This document shows, piece by piece, positions 51,432 to 60,161 of a stretch of DNA of 64,000 nt. The notes below the pieces were generated by a model. It was not told where the DNA came from and searched no databases. It saw nothing but the letters and a program-made list of their open reading frames with translations. The translations under genes and the position numbers were made by a program. This DNA is from Candidatus Omnitrophota bacterium (lineage in GTDB: Bacteria; Omnitrophota; Gorgyraeia; DTHP01): the NCBI GenBank assembly GCA_023819145.1, contig JAMWCW010000001.1, positions 66,400 to 130,399 of the forward strand, read 5' to 3'. The number at the start of each line of letters is the position of its first letter. The first letter of the stretch is position 1.

Positions 51432-53686
51432 TGAAAAAGAAATTGATTCTTTCTTTAATGGTGTTGGGTTTAAGCGGAATAATAGCCGAAGTTTTACTTT
51501 TGCGGGAACTTTTGATAATTTTTTATGGTAATGAGTTAACCATTGGAATAATTCTAGCTAACTGGTTAATTCTTGAGGCGATAGGAGCATACTTACTGGG
51601 TAAGAACATAGAGCATATTTTGCGAAAATTAGAAGGCTTTGTGGGGTTGGAGGTTATTTTTTCTCTCTCTTTTCCTTGGGCTATTTATCTTACGCGCATT
51701 ATCAGAGATGTTTTTGGAATTGTTCCGGGTGTTGGGCTGGGTTTGGGTCCAGTTTTTTTGTTTTCTTTTTTGGTACTTTTCCCTGTTAGCGTGTCTCACG
51801 GAGCGCTTTTTACCTTCGGGTGTAGAATTTTTTCTCTGCATGTGCAGCCGGAAGCGAAAGGAATCGGGAGAGTTTATGTTTATGAAACGATAGGAACTAT
51901 TCTTGGCGGTTTGATTTTTACCTATTTTTTAATTCCTTATCTACATTCTTTTCAGATTGCGTTCAGTATAACTTTAATAAATTTTTTGCTCTGTGTTTTA
52001 CTATTAGGAAAATTCTGGGATAAAGGTAGGACTTTAACGAGTAAAACTTTAGGGTTAGTTGTTGCCATTTTATGTTTTATCAATATTATCTTATTTACAG
52101 GAGAGGTGGAAAAGATTCATCGTTATTCTATCCGCAGACAATGGAAGGAGTATGAAGTTAAATATTATCAAAATACATTCTTTGGTAATATAGTGGTGGC
52201 AGAAAAGGAAAATGCGCTTACTTTCTTTTTTAACGGTTTACCTCTGGTTGACTTATCATCTCCGGATGTTTATTCGGTGGAGGAGTTTGCACATTTTTCT
52301 CTGCTTTCTCACGAGGCACCAAGGGATGTTCTGGTTATTGGTAAAGGAGCAGGAGGATTAATTAATGAGTTACTTAAACATTCAGTCAAAAGTATTGATT
52401 ACGTAGAGATTGACCCCCTATTTTTAAAGGCTCTTAAGAAATTTTCTAATTCGCTTATTGCAGAAGAACTTAATAATCCTCGAGTAAATATTATCTCTCT
52501 CGATGGCAGATTTTTTATTAAGAGAACAGATAAAAAATATGATTTGATTCTTGTGGGTATTATTAATCCCTGGGACTTACAGAGCAATCGTTATTTTACC
52601 CAAGAATTTTTCTCTTTGGCAAAGCGGAGTTTAAAAGATAAAGGTATTTTAGCCTTTCGTCTTCCCAGCTTGCCCCGGGCGATTTTAAATTTGAAAGAAC
52701 TCAGGGAACTCAATGGTTCAATTCTCTTTGCCTTAGAGAAGGTATATAGATGCACAAGAGTAATTCCCGGTGATGGGAATAATCTTTTTCTTGCTTCGAC
52801 GAGTAAAGAGATTACGTTGATTGATTCTAAATTGTTTATAGAGAGGATGAAGGATAGAAGAATTGCCACTTCGTTGCTTATCCCTCCCTATGTTGAATAT
52901 AGATTAGAGCCATGGTGGTATAATAATTTCTTTAATTCTCTTAAGGATGCTCCTCTTAATCTTAACAAGGACTTTAAACCCATAGCTACATTTTATAGCC
53001 TTGCCTACTGGAATGCGCTTTTTTCACCCTATTTATTAGGAATTTCACGGGGAATAGATAAAACAATTCTTTTTACGGGAATCTTTCTTCTTTGTTCTTT
53101 TGTGGTGGTATTACTATCCAGAAGAATTCGTTTAAGCATTCCCTATTCTGTTTTAACTACTGGTTTTTCGGGAATGCTTTTTAATTTAGTCTTGATTTTC
53201 GTCTTTCAGATAGTCTACGGATATGTCTTTCACTGGATAGGTTTTTTAATCACTTCTTTCATGGGAGGTGTAGCGTTTGGAGGTTTTCTTATGACAGAAA
53301 ATTTAGAAAAGATTAAAAGAGACCGTTTCTGGTTTCTGAATACAGAACTATCTCTTATCTTATTTTCAATAATCCTTCCTTTTATTTTCTTTATTATCCA
53401 CAATTTTTCAAATAATCCATTTGTTTTTCTTCTTACCGCTTTCCTTGCGGGGATATTTATCGGAGTGCAGTTTCCTTTAGCTAATAAGATCTATCTGAAT
53501 AATTGTCCTGATTTGAGTAAGACCGCTGGTTTACTTTATGGTGCGGATTTAGTAGGAGGTTGGTTTGCAGGAATATGTGGGGGGATTTTAATCTTACCTC
53601 TTTTGGGAGTTTATGGGACCTTTATGGTAATTTTTATACTTAAATTAGCTAGCTTCACTATATTCTTCTTTAGCCGGAGGTTTTGA
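51428..53686 (+). CDS. polytopic membrane protein fused to a spermidine synthase-like (aminopropyltransferase fold) domain
   Basis: It has multiple TM helices at both ends. The central region reads VLVIGKGAGGLINELLKH..VKSIDYVEIDP...YDLILVG. Confidence 0.65.
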   Translation: MMKKKLILSLMVLGLSGIIAEVLLLRELLIIFYGNELTIGIILANWLILEAIGAYLLGKNIEHILRKLEGFVGLEVIFSLSFPWAIYLTRIIRDVFGIVPGVGLGLGPVFLFSFLVLFPVSVSHGALFTFGCRIFSLHVQPEAKGIGRVYVYETIGTILGGLIFTYFLIPYLHSFQIAFSITLINFLLCVLLLGKFWDKGRTLTSKTLGLVVAILCFINIILFTGEVEKIHRYSIRRQWKEYEVKYYQNTFFGNIVVAEKENALTFFFNGLPLVDLSSPDVYSVEEFAHFSLLSHEAPRDVLVIGKGAGGLINELLKHSVKSIDYVEIDPLFLKALKKFSNSLIAEELNNPRVNIISLDGRFFIKRTDKKYDLILVGIINPWDLQSNRYFTQEFFSLAKRSLKDKGILAFRLPSLPRAILNLKELRELNGSILFALEKVYRCTRVIPGDGNNLFLASTSKEITLIDSKLFIERMKDRRIATSLLIPPYVEYRLEPWWYNNFFNSLKDAPLNLNKDFKPIATFYSLAYWNALFSPYLLGISRGIDKTILFTGIFLLCSFVVVLLSRRIRLSIPYSVLTTGFSGMLFNLVLIFVFQIVYGYVFHWIGFLITSFMGGVAFGGFLMTENLEKIKRDRFWFLNTELSLILFSIILPFIFFIIHNFSNNPFVFLLTAFLAGIFIGVQFPLANKIYLNNCPDLSKTAGLLYGADLVGGWFAGICGGILILPLLGVYGTFMVIFILKLASFTIFFFSRRF

Positions 53687-53687
53687 T

Positions 53688-54602
53688 TTGTTTAGAAAAA
53701 AAATAAAACTTTTTTCTTTAATCATCTTCTTTTCAGCGGTTATTTATTTTTCATACCTTACCTATACTAAAATCGAGCGCATAATAAGAGAAAAAGAACT
53801 GTTTAGAAAAAGGGAACTCGCCTGGACAGAACTAAGAAAAGATTTAGGAAATAAATTGAAAGAGTTCAAAGGAAAGGTAGGGATATTGATCAAAGATTTA
53901 GAGACAAACTGGGTAATTTCTTTTAATGAGGAACTTTCTTTTCCTGCAGCAAGTTTGATAAAAGTGCCCATTATGCTTGCCTGTTTTTCTGCGGTTGAAG
54001 AAGGAAGAATGAAATTTGAAGATACTGTAAAATTAAAAAATTCTGATAAAACTTCCGGCTCGGGAATATTAAAAAACTTACCCGCGGGAAAAATCTTTAA
54101 TATTGAACGCCTCGTTGAACTTATGATTACCGTGAGTGATAATACAGCTACTAATATACTGATAGAGAAATTAGGTTTTGAATACTTAAACAATTATTTT
54201 AATAAAATTGGGTTAAGAAACACTACTCTTGTACGGAGGATGATGGATTTTCGCGAGCGTAAAAAAGGAGTAGATAACTTTACTACCGCAAAAGATATGG
54301 CTTGTGTTTTTGAAAAGATTTATCGTAAACAGAAGGTAAAGGCAAATTTTGCCGATAAATCTCTTGGTTTTCTGGAGGCGCAGAAATATCGTGATCGCAT
54401 TCCTTCAAAACTACCTCCCGAAATAAAAGTAGCGCATAAAACAGGGTTAGAACGAGGTGTATGTCATGATACAGGGATAGTTTTTGGACCTAAAGGAGAT
54501 TTTCTTATTGTAGTTTTGACAGAAGGTGCAGAGGCAAAGAATGCTAAGGAATTTATTGCCGATGTCTCTTTTCGTGTCTACAGCTATTACCTTAAATTTT
54601 AG
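53688..54602 (+). CDS. class A beta-lactamase-related serine hydrolase
   Basis: The SxxK motif is in FPAASLIKVP, SDN is in VSDNTATN and KTG is in HKTGL. The start is TTG, 7 nt after ggagg. Confidence 0.7.
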   Translation: MFRKKIKLFSLIIFFSAVIYFSYLTYTKIERIIREKELFRKRELAWTELRKDLGNKLKEFKGKVGILIKDLETNWVISFNEELSFPAASLIKVPIMLACFSAVEEGRMKFEDTVKLKNSDKTSGSGILKNLPAGKIFNIERLVELMITVSDNTATNILIEKLGFEYLNNYFNKIGLRNTTLVRRMMDFRERKKGVDNFTTAKDMACVFEKIYRKQKVKANFADKSLGFLEAQKYRDRIPSKLPPEIKVAHKTGLERGVCHDTGIVFGPKGDFLIVVLTEGAEAKNAKEFIADVSFRVYSYYLKF

Positions 54603-54625
54603 AATTTAAATATGGAAAATAAAAC

Positions 54626-54654
54626 TTGACAAAAACAATTGAATAAAATAAAAT
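54626..54654 (+). promoter_or_regulatory. promoter TTGACA-N17-TAAAAT
   Basis: TTGACA at 54626-54631 and TAAAAT at 54649-54654. Confidence 0.45.
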
Positions 54655-54697
54655 AATTTTATAAAATCCTTTAAAATTATAAAAGGAGGGAAGAATA

Positions 54698-55969
54698 ATG
54701 GAGAGAAAATTTATTTTTCTTTTAATTTTATGTTTTTTTATAATTGGTTGCGGAAAGAAAGAGACAAGAGAATCTATACCCACCATTAAAGTAGCCTTTT
54801 GGGGTACTCCTGAAGAGGTAGAGATTATAGAGAATATCATTCTACCTTGGCAAAAGGAGCATCCGCAAATAAAAGTAGAATTACAACACTCCCCTTTTGC
54901 CGGTTATGTGAATAAGATTCTAACACGGATTGCTGGTGGCGCTCCACCTGATGTGATATGTGCCGAGGCAAATCTTTTTGTAAGTTTATGGAATAAAGGG
55001 ATATTTTTAAATCTTAGTCCTTTTCTCGAGAAAGAAATAGGCTTTTCTATAAAAGATTTCTTTCCCGAAGTAGTCAATCGTTTTACTGTGGAGGGGAAGG
55101 TCTATGGTATTCCTCGGGACACCGCTCCCTTTGCTTGCGTTTATTACAACAAGAAGATTTTTGACGAGAAGAATGTTTCCTATCCTACTGATGATTGGAG
55201 TTGGCAGGATTTATTAGAAAAAGCAAAAGCCCTTACTGAATATGATGAACAAGGGAGAGCCCTCTGTTATGGTTTTTACGGCTGGGCTTGGCAGAATTTT
55301 ATCTATTCTAACGGAGGTGCTCTTGTAGATAATGTAGAAAAACCTACTCTTTGTCTTCTGGACCGTCCTGAATCTATTGAGGGTTTAGAATTTTATGTCG
55401 ATTTAATTCATAAGTATAAAGTTTCTCCTACACCTACTGCTCTCATAAACTTGGGGATGGGGGTCCAGATGATGTTTATGACCGGAAGGCTAGCAATGTT
55501 TTCTTCAGGAATCTGGGAGACCCCTATTTTAAGAAAAGCAAAAGATTTTGATTGGGATGTGGTAATGTTTCCCAAAGGGCCAAAAGGCATCAGGGGGTTT
55601 GGAACAGGAGGGAGTGCCTATGGAATTTTGAAAACAACGAAATATCCTAAAGAAGCTTGGGAGGTAGTAAAGGCACTTACTAATGAAAGAGCCCAGACAA
55701 TTCTCGCAGATTCCGGACTCGCTCAGCCGGCGAATCGGAAAATAGCAGAGAGTGAACATTTTGCTTTGGATGAGAAGTTACCAAAGAATAAGAAAATGCT
55801 TAACGAAGCAGTAAAATATATTTCTTACGAACCTTTTCATGGCCGTTGGAGGGAGATTAATGAGTTGTATATTGTGCCTGAACTTGATATGGTTTTTAAT
55901 GGACAGAAGAGTGTACGGGAAGCGATTGCTAAGATTGTTCCCGATATAAATAAGTTATTGAAACAATAA
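54698..55969 (+). CDS. ABC transporter extracellular solute (sugar)-binding lipoprotein
   Basis: The RBS is aggaggg and the lipobox is FFIIGCG. The N-terminus is family-1 SBP-like (IKVAFWGTPEEVE...WQKEHPQIKVE). Confidence 0.7.
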   Translation: MERKFIFLLILCFFIIGCGKKETRESIPTIKVAFWGTPEEVEIIENIILPWQKEHPQIKVELQHSPFAGYVNKILTRIAGGAPPDVICAEANLFVSLWNKGIFLNLSPFLEKEIGFSIKDFFPEVVNRFTVEGKVYGIPRDTAPFACVYYNKKIFDEKNVSYPTDDWSWQDLLEKAKALTEYDEQGRALCYGFYGWAWQNFIYSNGGALVDNVEKPTLCLLDRPESIEGLEFYVDLIHKYKVSPTPTALINLGMGVQMMFMTGRLAMFSSGIWETPILRKAKDFDWDVVMFPKGPKGIRGFGTGGSAYGILKTTKYPKEAWEVVKALTNERAQTILADSGLAQPANRKIAESEHFALDEKLPKNKKMLNEAVKYISYEPFHGRWREINELYIVPELDMVFNGQKSVREAIAKIVPDINKLLKQ

Positions 55970-55987
55970 AAAAGAGGAGGTGGGAAA

Positions 55988-57190
55988 ATGGCGGAAGAAA
56001 TTTTTGGTGAAGAAATAATGAGCGACCGTGAAAGGAAGAACTGGGTAATTCTGGATTTGATTCGGCGTAAGGGACCAATTACCCGAACCGAAATTTCTAA
56101 GGAAACACAGCTTAATATAGTGACAGTTTCCAACTATATTAATAGTTATATTCAAAAAGGATTGGTTTTAGAAGGGGGGCTTGATGTTTCCAGCGGTGGT
56201 CGAAGACCGGTGATGGTAGAGCTTAATCCCAAGGCGGGATTTGTTGTTGGTGTCGGTCTTGACCTTTTTAATATTATAGGGCTTACTACTGATCTTCAGG
56301 CAAATGTCTTGGTTAAGGTAAAGAAACCTCGTCCTGTTGGTTCCGAGGATATGGTTATAGACAATATCGTAGATTTGGTAGATGAGTTAATGAAGAAATC
56401 TGAATTGGAACCCTCCAAGATTAAGGGTTTAGGAGTAGGCATTCCCGGAATAATAGACCGCCGAGTAGGGACAATTCGCTGGCCAAATCAGATGGGAAGT
56501 ATTTATATTTCTACTTTGAAGAGTCTATTGGAACAGAAATTTGGCATTCCTACCTTTATCGAGAATGATGCCACTGTTGCCGCCTGCGGAGAAAGAGAAC
56601 TGGAATTGGAAACAGGAGTCCAGAATCTTATATTTATGTATTCGGGAGTAGGTTCGGGGATTATTATTAATGGTCAGGTTTACCGTGGAGCAAGTGGATG
56701 TGCGGGAGAACTGGGGATTGCTAATTTTACCGAAGATGAGAAACATAAATGGGGTGGTATGGCACGTTGGGAAGCAGATTTGGGCTTAACAACGCGGGCA
56801 ATAGAAGCGATTAAGAAAGGAGAAAAGACACGGATTTTTGATCTGGCCAATGGAGATGTAAATAAGATTACCATGAAAACCGTGGTGGAAGCAGCCAAAG
56901 AAGGCGATGCATTAGCTGATAAATTGGTAGAAGAGGCGGGTATAGAACTGGGTATACGTATTGCCTACTTGGTTAACTTTCTCAATCCTGAAGTAGTGGT
57001 AATCGGAGGAGGGATTGAACGTGCGGGGGCAGTGCTTCTCGATGCTATAAAACGCACGGTGAGAGCAAGAGCGTTTGAAGAAATGGCAAATGTTGTGCGT
57101 ATTGTCCCTACCCAGTTGGGAGAAGATTCGGTTGCTATGGGTGCAGTAAGTTTGGTAATTCAAGAAATCTTTACCCATGTGATGCTTTAA
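55988..57190 (+). CDS. ROK family transcriptional regulator (wHTH plus sugar-kinase fold)
   Basis: The N-terminal HTH reads ILDLIRRKGPITRTEISKETQLNIVTVSNYI. ROK motifs are GVGIPGIID, ENDATVAACGE and GSGIIINGQVYRGASGCAGELG. Confidence 0.75.
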   Translation: MAEEIFGEEIMSDRERKNWVILDLIRRKGPITRTEISKETQLNIVTVSNYINSYIQKGLVLEGGLDVSSGGRRPVMVELNPKAGFVVGVGLDLFNIIGLTTDLQANVLVKVKKPRPVGSEDMVIDNIVDLVDELMKKSELEPSKIKGLGVGIPGIIDRRVGTIRWPNQMGSIYISTLKSLLEQKFGIPTFIENDATVAACGERELELETGVQNLIFMYSGVGSGIIINGQVYRGASGCAGELGIANFTEDEKHKWGGMARWEADLGLTTRAIEAIKKGEKTRIFDLANGDVNKITMKTVVEAAKEGDALADKLVEEAGIELGIRIAYLVNFLNPEVVVIGGGIERAGAVLLDAIKRTVRARAFEEMANVVRIVPTQLGEDSVAMGAVSLVIQEIFTHVML

Positions 57191-57230
57191 ATTCTAAAAG
57201 AATAAAGACACATAGAGAAGAAACAAAAGA

Positions 57231-57425
57231 ATGGAATGTACCCAAAAGAAAAATTTGGATTTTTGCACTTGCACTTACGAACCCTGTCCTCGTAAAGGCA
57301 AGTGCTGTGAATGTATAATCTATCATCGAAACAAGGGGCAACTTCCCGGATGTCTTTTCCCACCCCAGGCAGAGAAATCTTACGACCGTTCTCTGAAAGC
57401 ATTCATCTCTGCGTTTAAGAAATAG
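57231..57425 (+). CDS. small Cys-rich protein, 64 aa
   Basis: The Cys pattern is C-x8-CxC-x4-C-x5-CCxC...C (MECTQKKNLDFCTCTYEPCPRKGKCCECIIYH). The RBS is weak. Confidence 0.45.
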   Translation: MECTQKKNLDFCTCTYEPCPRKGKCCECIIYHRNKGQLPGCLFPPQAEKSYDRSLKAFISAFKK

Positions 57426-57434
57426 AGGGGAATT

Positions 57435-57854
57435 ATGGAAAGCAAAGATAATGGTTTAATTGAAATGGAACTTTTTAGAATCCAGATAGATGAAAATAGA
57501 GGAGAACAGGTGATTGTTCTCAAGGAAAAAAATGGCACACGCACTATGCCCATTGTTATTGGCATTGTGGAAGCTACAGCCATAAAGATGAAAATCGGTG
57601 GTTTTTCGCCTCCTCGTCCTTTGACGCACGATTTACTTAATAATACTATTAAGGAACTGGATGCCCATTTAGAACGGATTGTGGTAGAAAAACTTGAGGA
57701 TAATATTTTTTATGCTAAGCTTGTAATCCGAGATTATGTGGGTAATTTTAGAGAAGTTGATGCCCGTCCATCCGACTCTATTGCTTTAGCCCTCCGTGCC
57801 AATGCTCCTATCTTTGTACGCAACGAAGTTTTAGAAAAATTGAAGCTTACATGA
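57435..57854 (+). CDS. bifunctional nuclease (BFN/DUF151) family protein
   Basis: Motifs are MPIVIGIVEATAI, PPRPLTHDLL and DARPSDSIALALR. Confidence 0.7.
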   Translation: MESKDNGLIEMELFRIQIDENRGEQVIVLKEKNGTRTMPIVIGIVEATAIKMKIGGFSPPRPLTHDLLNNTIKELDAHLERIVVEKLEDNIFYAKLVIRDYVGNFREVDARPSDSIALALRANAPIFVRNEVLEKLKLT

Positions 57855-58897
57855 ACACCTTTGAATTTCAAGCTACAGGTATTGGGAGTTTAGGACACGT
57901 TAATTACCAGGAAGCGGTTTCTTTTGTATTAGACCTTTTTCCCGAAATTCCTTTTTGGGTTCAGCTTCCCCAGCGCTGTTTCCGAGAGAATATGTATGTT
58001 CAATTTAGTGAAGGTATTCCTGGTATTGTAGTTAAGGAAGAAGAGAGGAAGGTCTATGTTGATACACGGAAAATAACTGAAGAGGACTTGTCCAATATCT
58101 ACGAGCATTATCTTGGAGGCAAGAATGATTTTTTTGGGATAAGCAAAGAATACGCGGAGGGATTTTATGAGTTTATTGAACAGCTAAGAGCAAAAAAGAT
58201 TTCTTGCTCTTTCCTAAAAGGTCAGATTATCGGACCGATTAGTTTTATGCTTACGGTCACCGACGATTCTAAAAAACCGCTTATCTATCAGGAACAAATT
58301 GCAGACTCAATTCTTAAAATTCTTACAATGAAAGCCAGATGGCAAGTAAGAAGATTAAAAGAGATTGCTCAAAGGGTAATTATTTTCGTTGATGAGCCGT
58401 ATTTAGTTTCTCTCGGTTCAGGTTATGTGAATTTAGACTTTCGGGATGTTTTGAAGAATCTTGATGAAATGATTGAGGGTATTCGGCAGGAAAATGCCTT
58501 GGTGGGGATTCACTGCTGTGGGAATACCGATTGGGGATTGTTAACTCAGACAAAAACTGATATCATAAGTTTCGATGCTTATAATTTTAGCGAATCAATT
58601 TTAGTGTATTCTGAAGCGATAAATATTTTTATGAAACGAGGGGGGGTAATTGCTTGGGGAATAGTTCCTACGGACTCTGACGTGGAAAAACTCAGCTCTA
58701 AGGAGTTATTTAAGAAATTTATGGAAACAGTAGAAATACTTGTTTCCAAGGGATTAAATAGAGAGTTGATTTATAAGCAGTCAATAATTACTCCCGGCTG
58801 TGGTTTAGGAAGCTTTTCCTCAGAGAAAGGAGAGGTTGTTCTCCGCGCTACTTGTGAATTATCTCGTAAGTTAAGAAAAGAATTGTTTTTCAGGTAG
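57851..58897 (+). CDS. cobalamin-independent methionine synthase catalytic-domain-like (MetE-C/URO-D superfamily) protein
   Basis: IFVDEPYL, IHCCGN and ITPGCGLG resemble the MetE C-terminal Zn/substrate motifs. There is a 4-nt overlap with the upstream gene. Confidence 0.45.
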   Translation: MNTFEFQATGIGSLGHVNYQEAVSFVLDLFPEIPFWVQLPQRCFRENMYVQFSEGIPGIVVKEEERKVYVDTRKITEEDLSNIYEHYLGGKNDFFGISKEYAEGFYEFIEQLRAKKISCSFLKGQIIGPISFMLTVTDDSKKPLIYQEQIADSILKILTMKARWQVRRLKEIAQRVIIFVDEPYLVSLGSGYVNLDFRDVLKNLDEMIEGIRQENALVGIHCCGNTDWGLLTQTKTDIISFDAYNFSESILVYSEAINIFMKRGGVIAWGIVPTDSDVEKLSSKELFKKFMETVEILVSKGLNRELIYKQSIITPGCGLGSFSSEKGEVVLRATCELSRKLRKELFFR

Positions 58898-58899
58898 TT

Positions 58900-60069
58900 A
58901 TGAAATTTAATAAGCCTCTTACGCGCAGAAACTTCATAAAAAAAACCTGCCTCTTTTGCTTAAGTTTGGGGTTTTCCGGTCTCATAAAGTCTCTCCTCAA
59001 AGAAAAATTTGTCTTTGGAGATATCCTGCTTCGTCAGGGAATGCGGGAGGCAATGTTTTATGATGTTATAGATACGGAGACGGTGCAGTGTCATTTATGT
59101 CCACGTAATTGCACATTGACAAACGGTCAGCGCAGTTTCTGTCGTGTAAGGGAACCCGAGAAGGGTAAACTTTATAGTTTAGTTTATGGGCTTGCTTGTG
59201 CGGTGCATGTTGACCCGATAGAGAAAAAACCCATATTTCATATGCTTCCCGGAACGAGTTCCTTTTCTATAGCTACGGTAGGTTGCAATCTCCGTTGTAA
59301 GTTCTGTCAGAACTGGACAATTTCGCAGGTTAAGCCAGAGGAAGTTGACTACCTATATTTACCGCCACTGGAGGTTATTAAAATGGCTGAGGAAAAAAAA
59401 TGTGCATCCATTGCCTATACTTATACAGAACCAACTATCTTCTATGAGTATATGCTTGATACCGCAAAACTCGCTAAAGAAAAAAATATAAAAAATATTT
59501 ATGTCACCGCTGGCTATATTAATCCCCAGCCCGCAAGACTTTTAGCTAAATATATTGATGCGGCAAACATTGACCTTAAGGCATATGATGATGAGTATCT
59601 CCAAAATATCTGTGCCCAGAGACTCGAGCCTCTTCTTGAAGCAATAAAGTTGTTTAAGGATTTAGGAGGCTGGGTAGAGATTACTAACTTAATTCTTCCC
59701 ACATTGAATGACAAAATGGAAAAAATTCGCCAAATGTGCTACTGGATAAAGAAGAATTTAGGTGCGGATACCCCTATACATTTTTCAAGATTTTCTCCAA
59801 TGTATAAGATGGTTCATTTACCTTCTACACCAGTTTCTACCTTGGAGGAGGCAAGAAGGGTAGCCATGGAGGTTGGGCTTAACTATGTTTATATCGGAAA
59901 TGCTCCCGGACATCCCGGAGAACATACCTACTGTCCGGGATGTAAAAAAATACTTATCGAAAGAAAAGGATTTTTTCTAACCCAATATAATTTAAATAAA
60001 AATAGATGTAAATATTGCAAGTGCGAGATTGCCGGAATCTGGCCTGAAAAATATTCTTTAGTTGATTAG
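58900..60069 (+). CDS. amrS: AmmeMemoRadiSam system radical SAM enzyme with a Tat-type N-terminus
   Basis: Motifs are CHLCPRNCTLTNGQRSFCRVR, DPIEKKPIFH and GCNLRCKFCQNW. The N-terminus is LTRRNFIKKTCLFCLSLGFSG. Confidence 0.8.
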   Translation: MKFNKPLTRRNFIKKTCLFCLSLGFSGLIKSLLKEKFVFGDILLRQGMREAMFYDVIDTETVQCHLCPRNCTLTNGQRSFCRVREPEKGKLYSLVYGLACAVHVDPIEKKPIFHMLPGTSSFSIATVGCNLRCKFCQNWTISQVKPEEVDYLYLPPLEVIKMAEEKKCASIAYTYTEPTIFYEYMLDTAKLAKEKNIKNIYVTAGYINPQPARLLAKYIDAANIDLKAYDDEYLQNICAQRLEPLLEAIKLFKDLGGWVEITNLILPTLNDKMEKIRQMCYWIKKNLGADTPIHFSRFSPMYKMVHLPSTPVSTLEEARRVAMEVGLNYVYIGNAPGHPGEHTYCPGCKKILIERKGFFLTQYNLNKNRCKYCKCEIAGIWPEKYSLVD

Positions 60070-60080
60070 AGGTTCATCCC

Positions 60081-60109
60081 TTGACGCTCTCCTAAGAATA
60101 TGCTATCTT
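60081..60109 (+). promoter_or_regulatory. promoter cccTTGACG-N17-TATCTT for the 60162 gene
   Basis: TTGACG at 60081-60086 and TATCTT at 60104-60109. Confidence 0.5.
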
Positions 60110-60161
60110 TTATATTAGAGAGATTAAATTACTTTTTAAATTAAAATAAAAAGGTGTTTTT

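Noticed and set aside
54592-54840. An 82-aa minus-strand ORF that spans the 54626 promoter and the start of the SBP gene. Similar ORFs occur at 30273-30542(-) across REP pair 3 and at 47780-48043(-).
   Set aside because: They overlap regulatory or repeat DNA and the 5' ends of well-supported plus-strand genes. They have no RBS or motif support.
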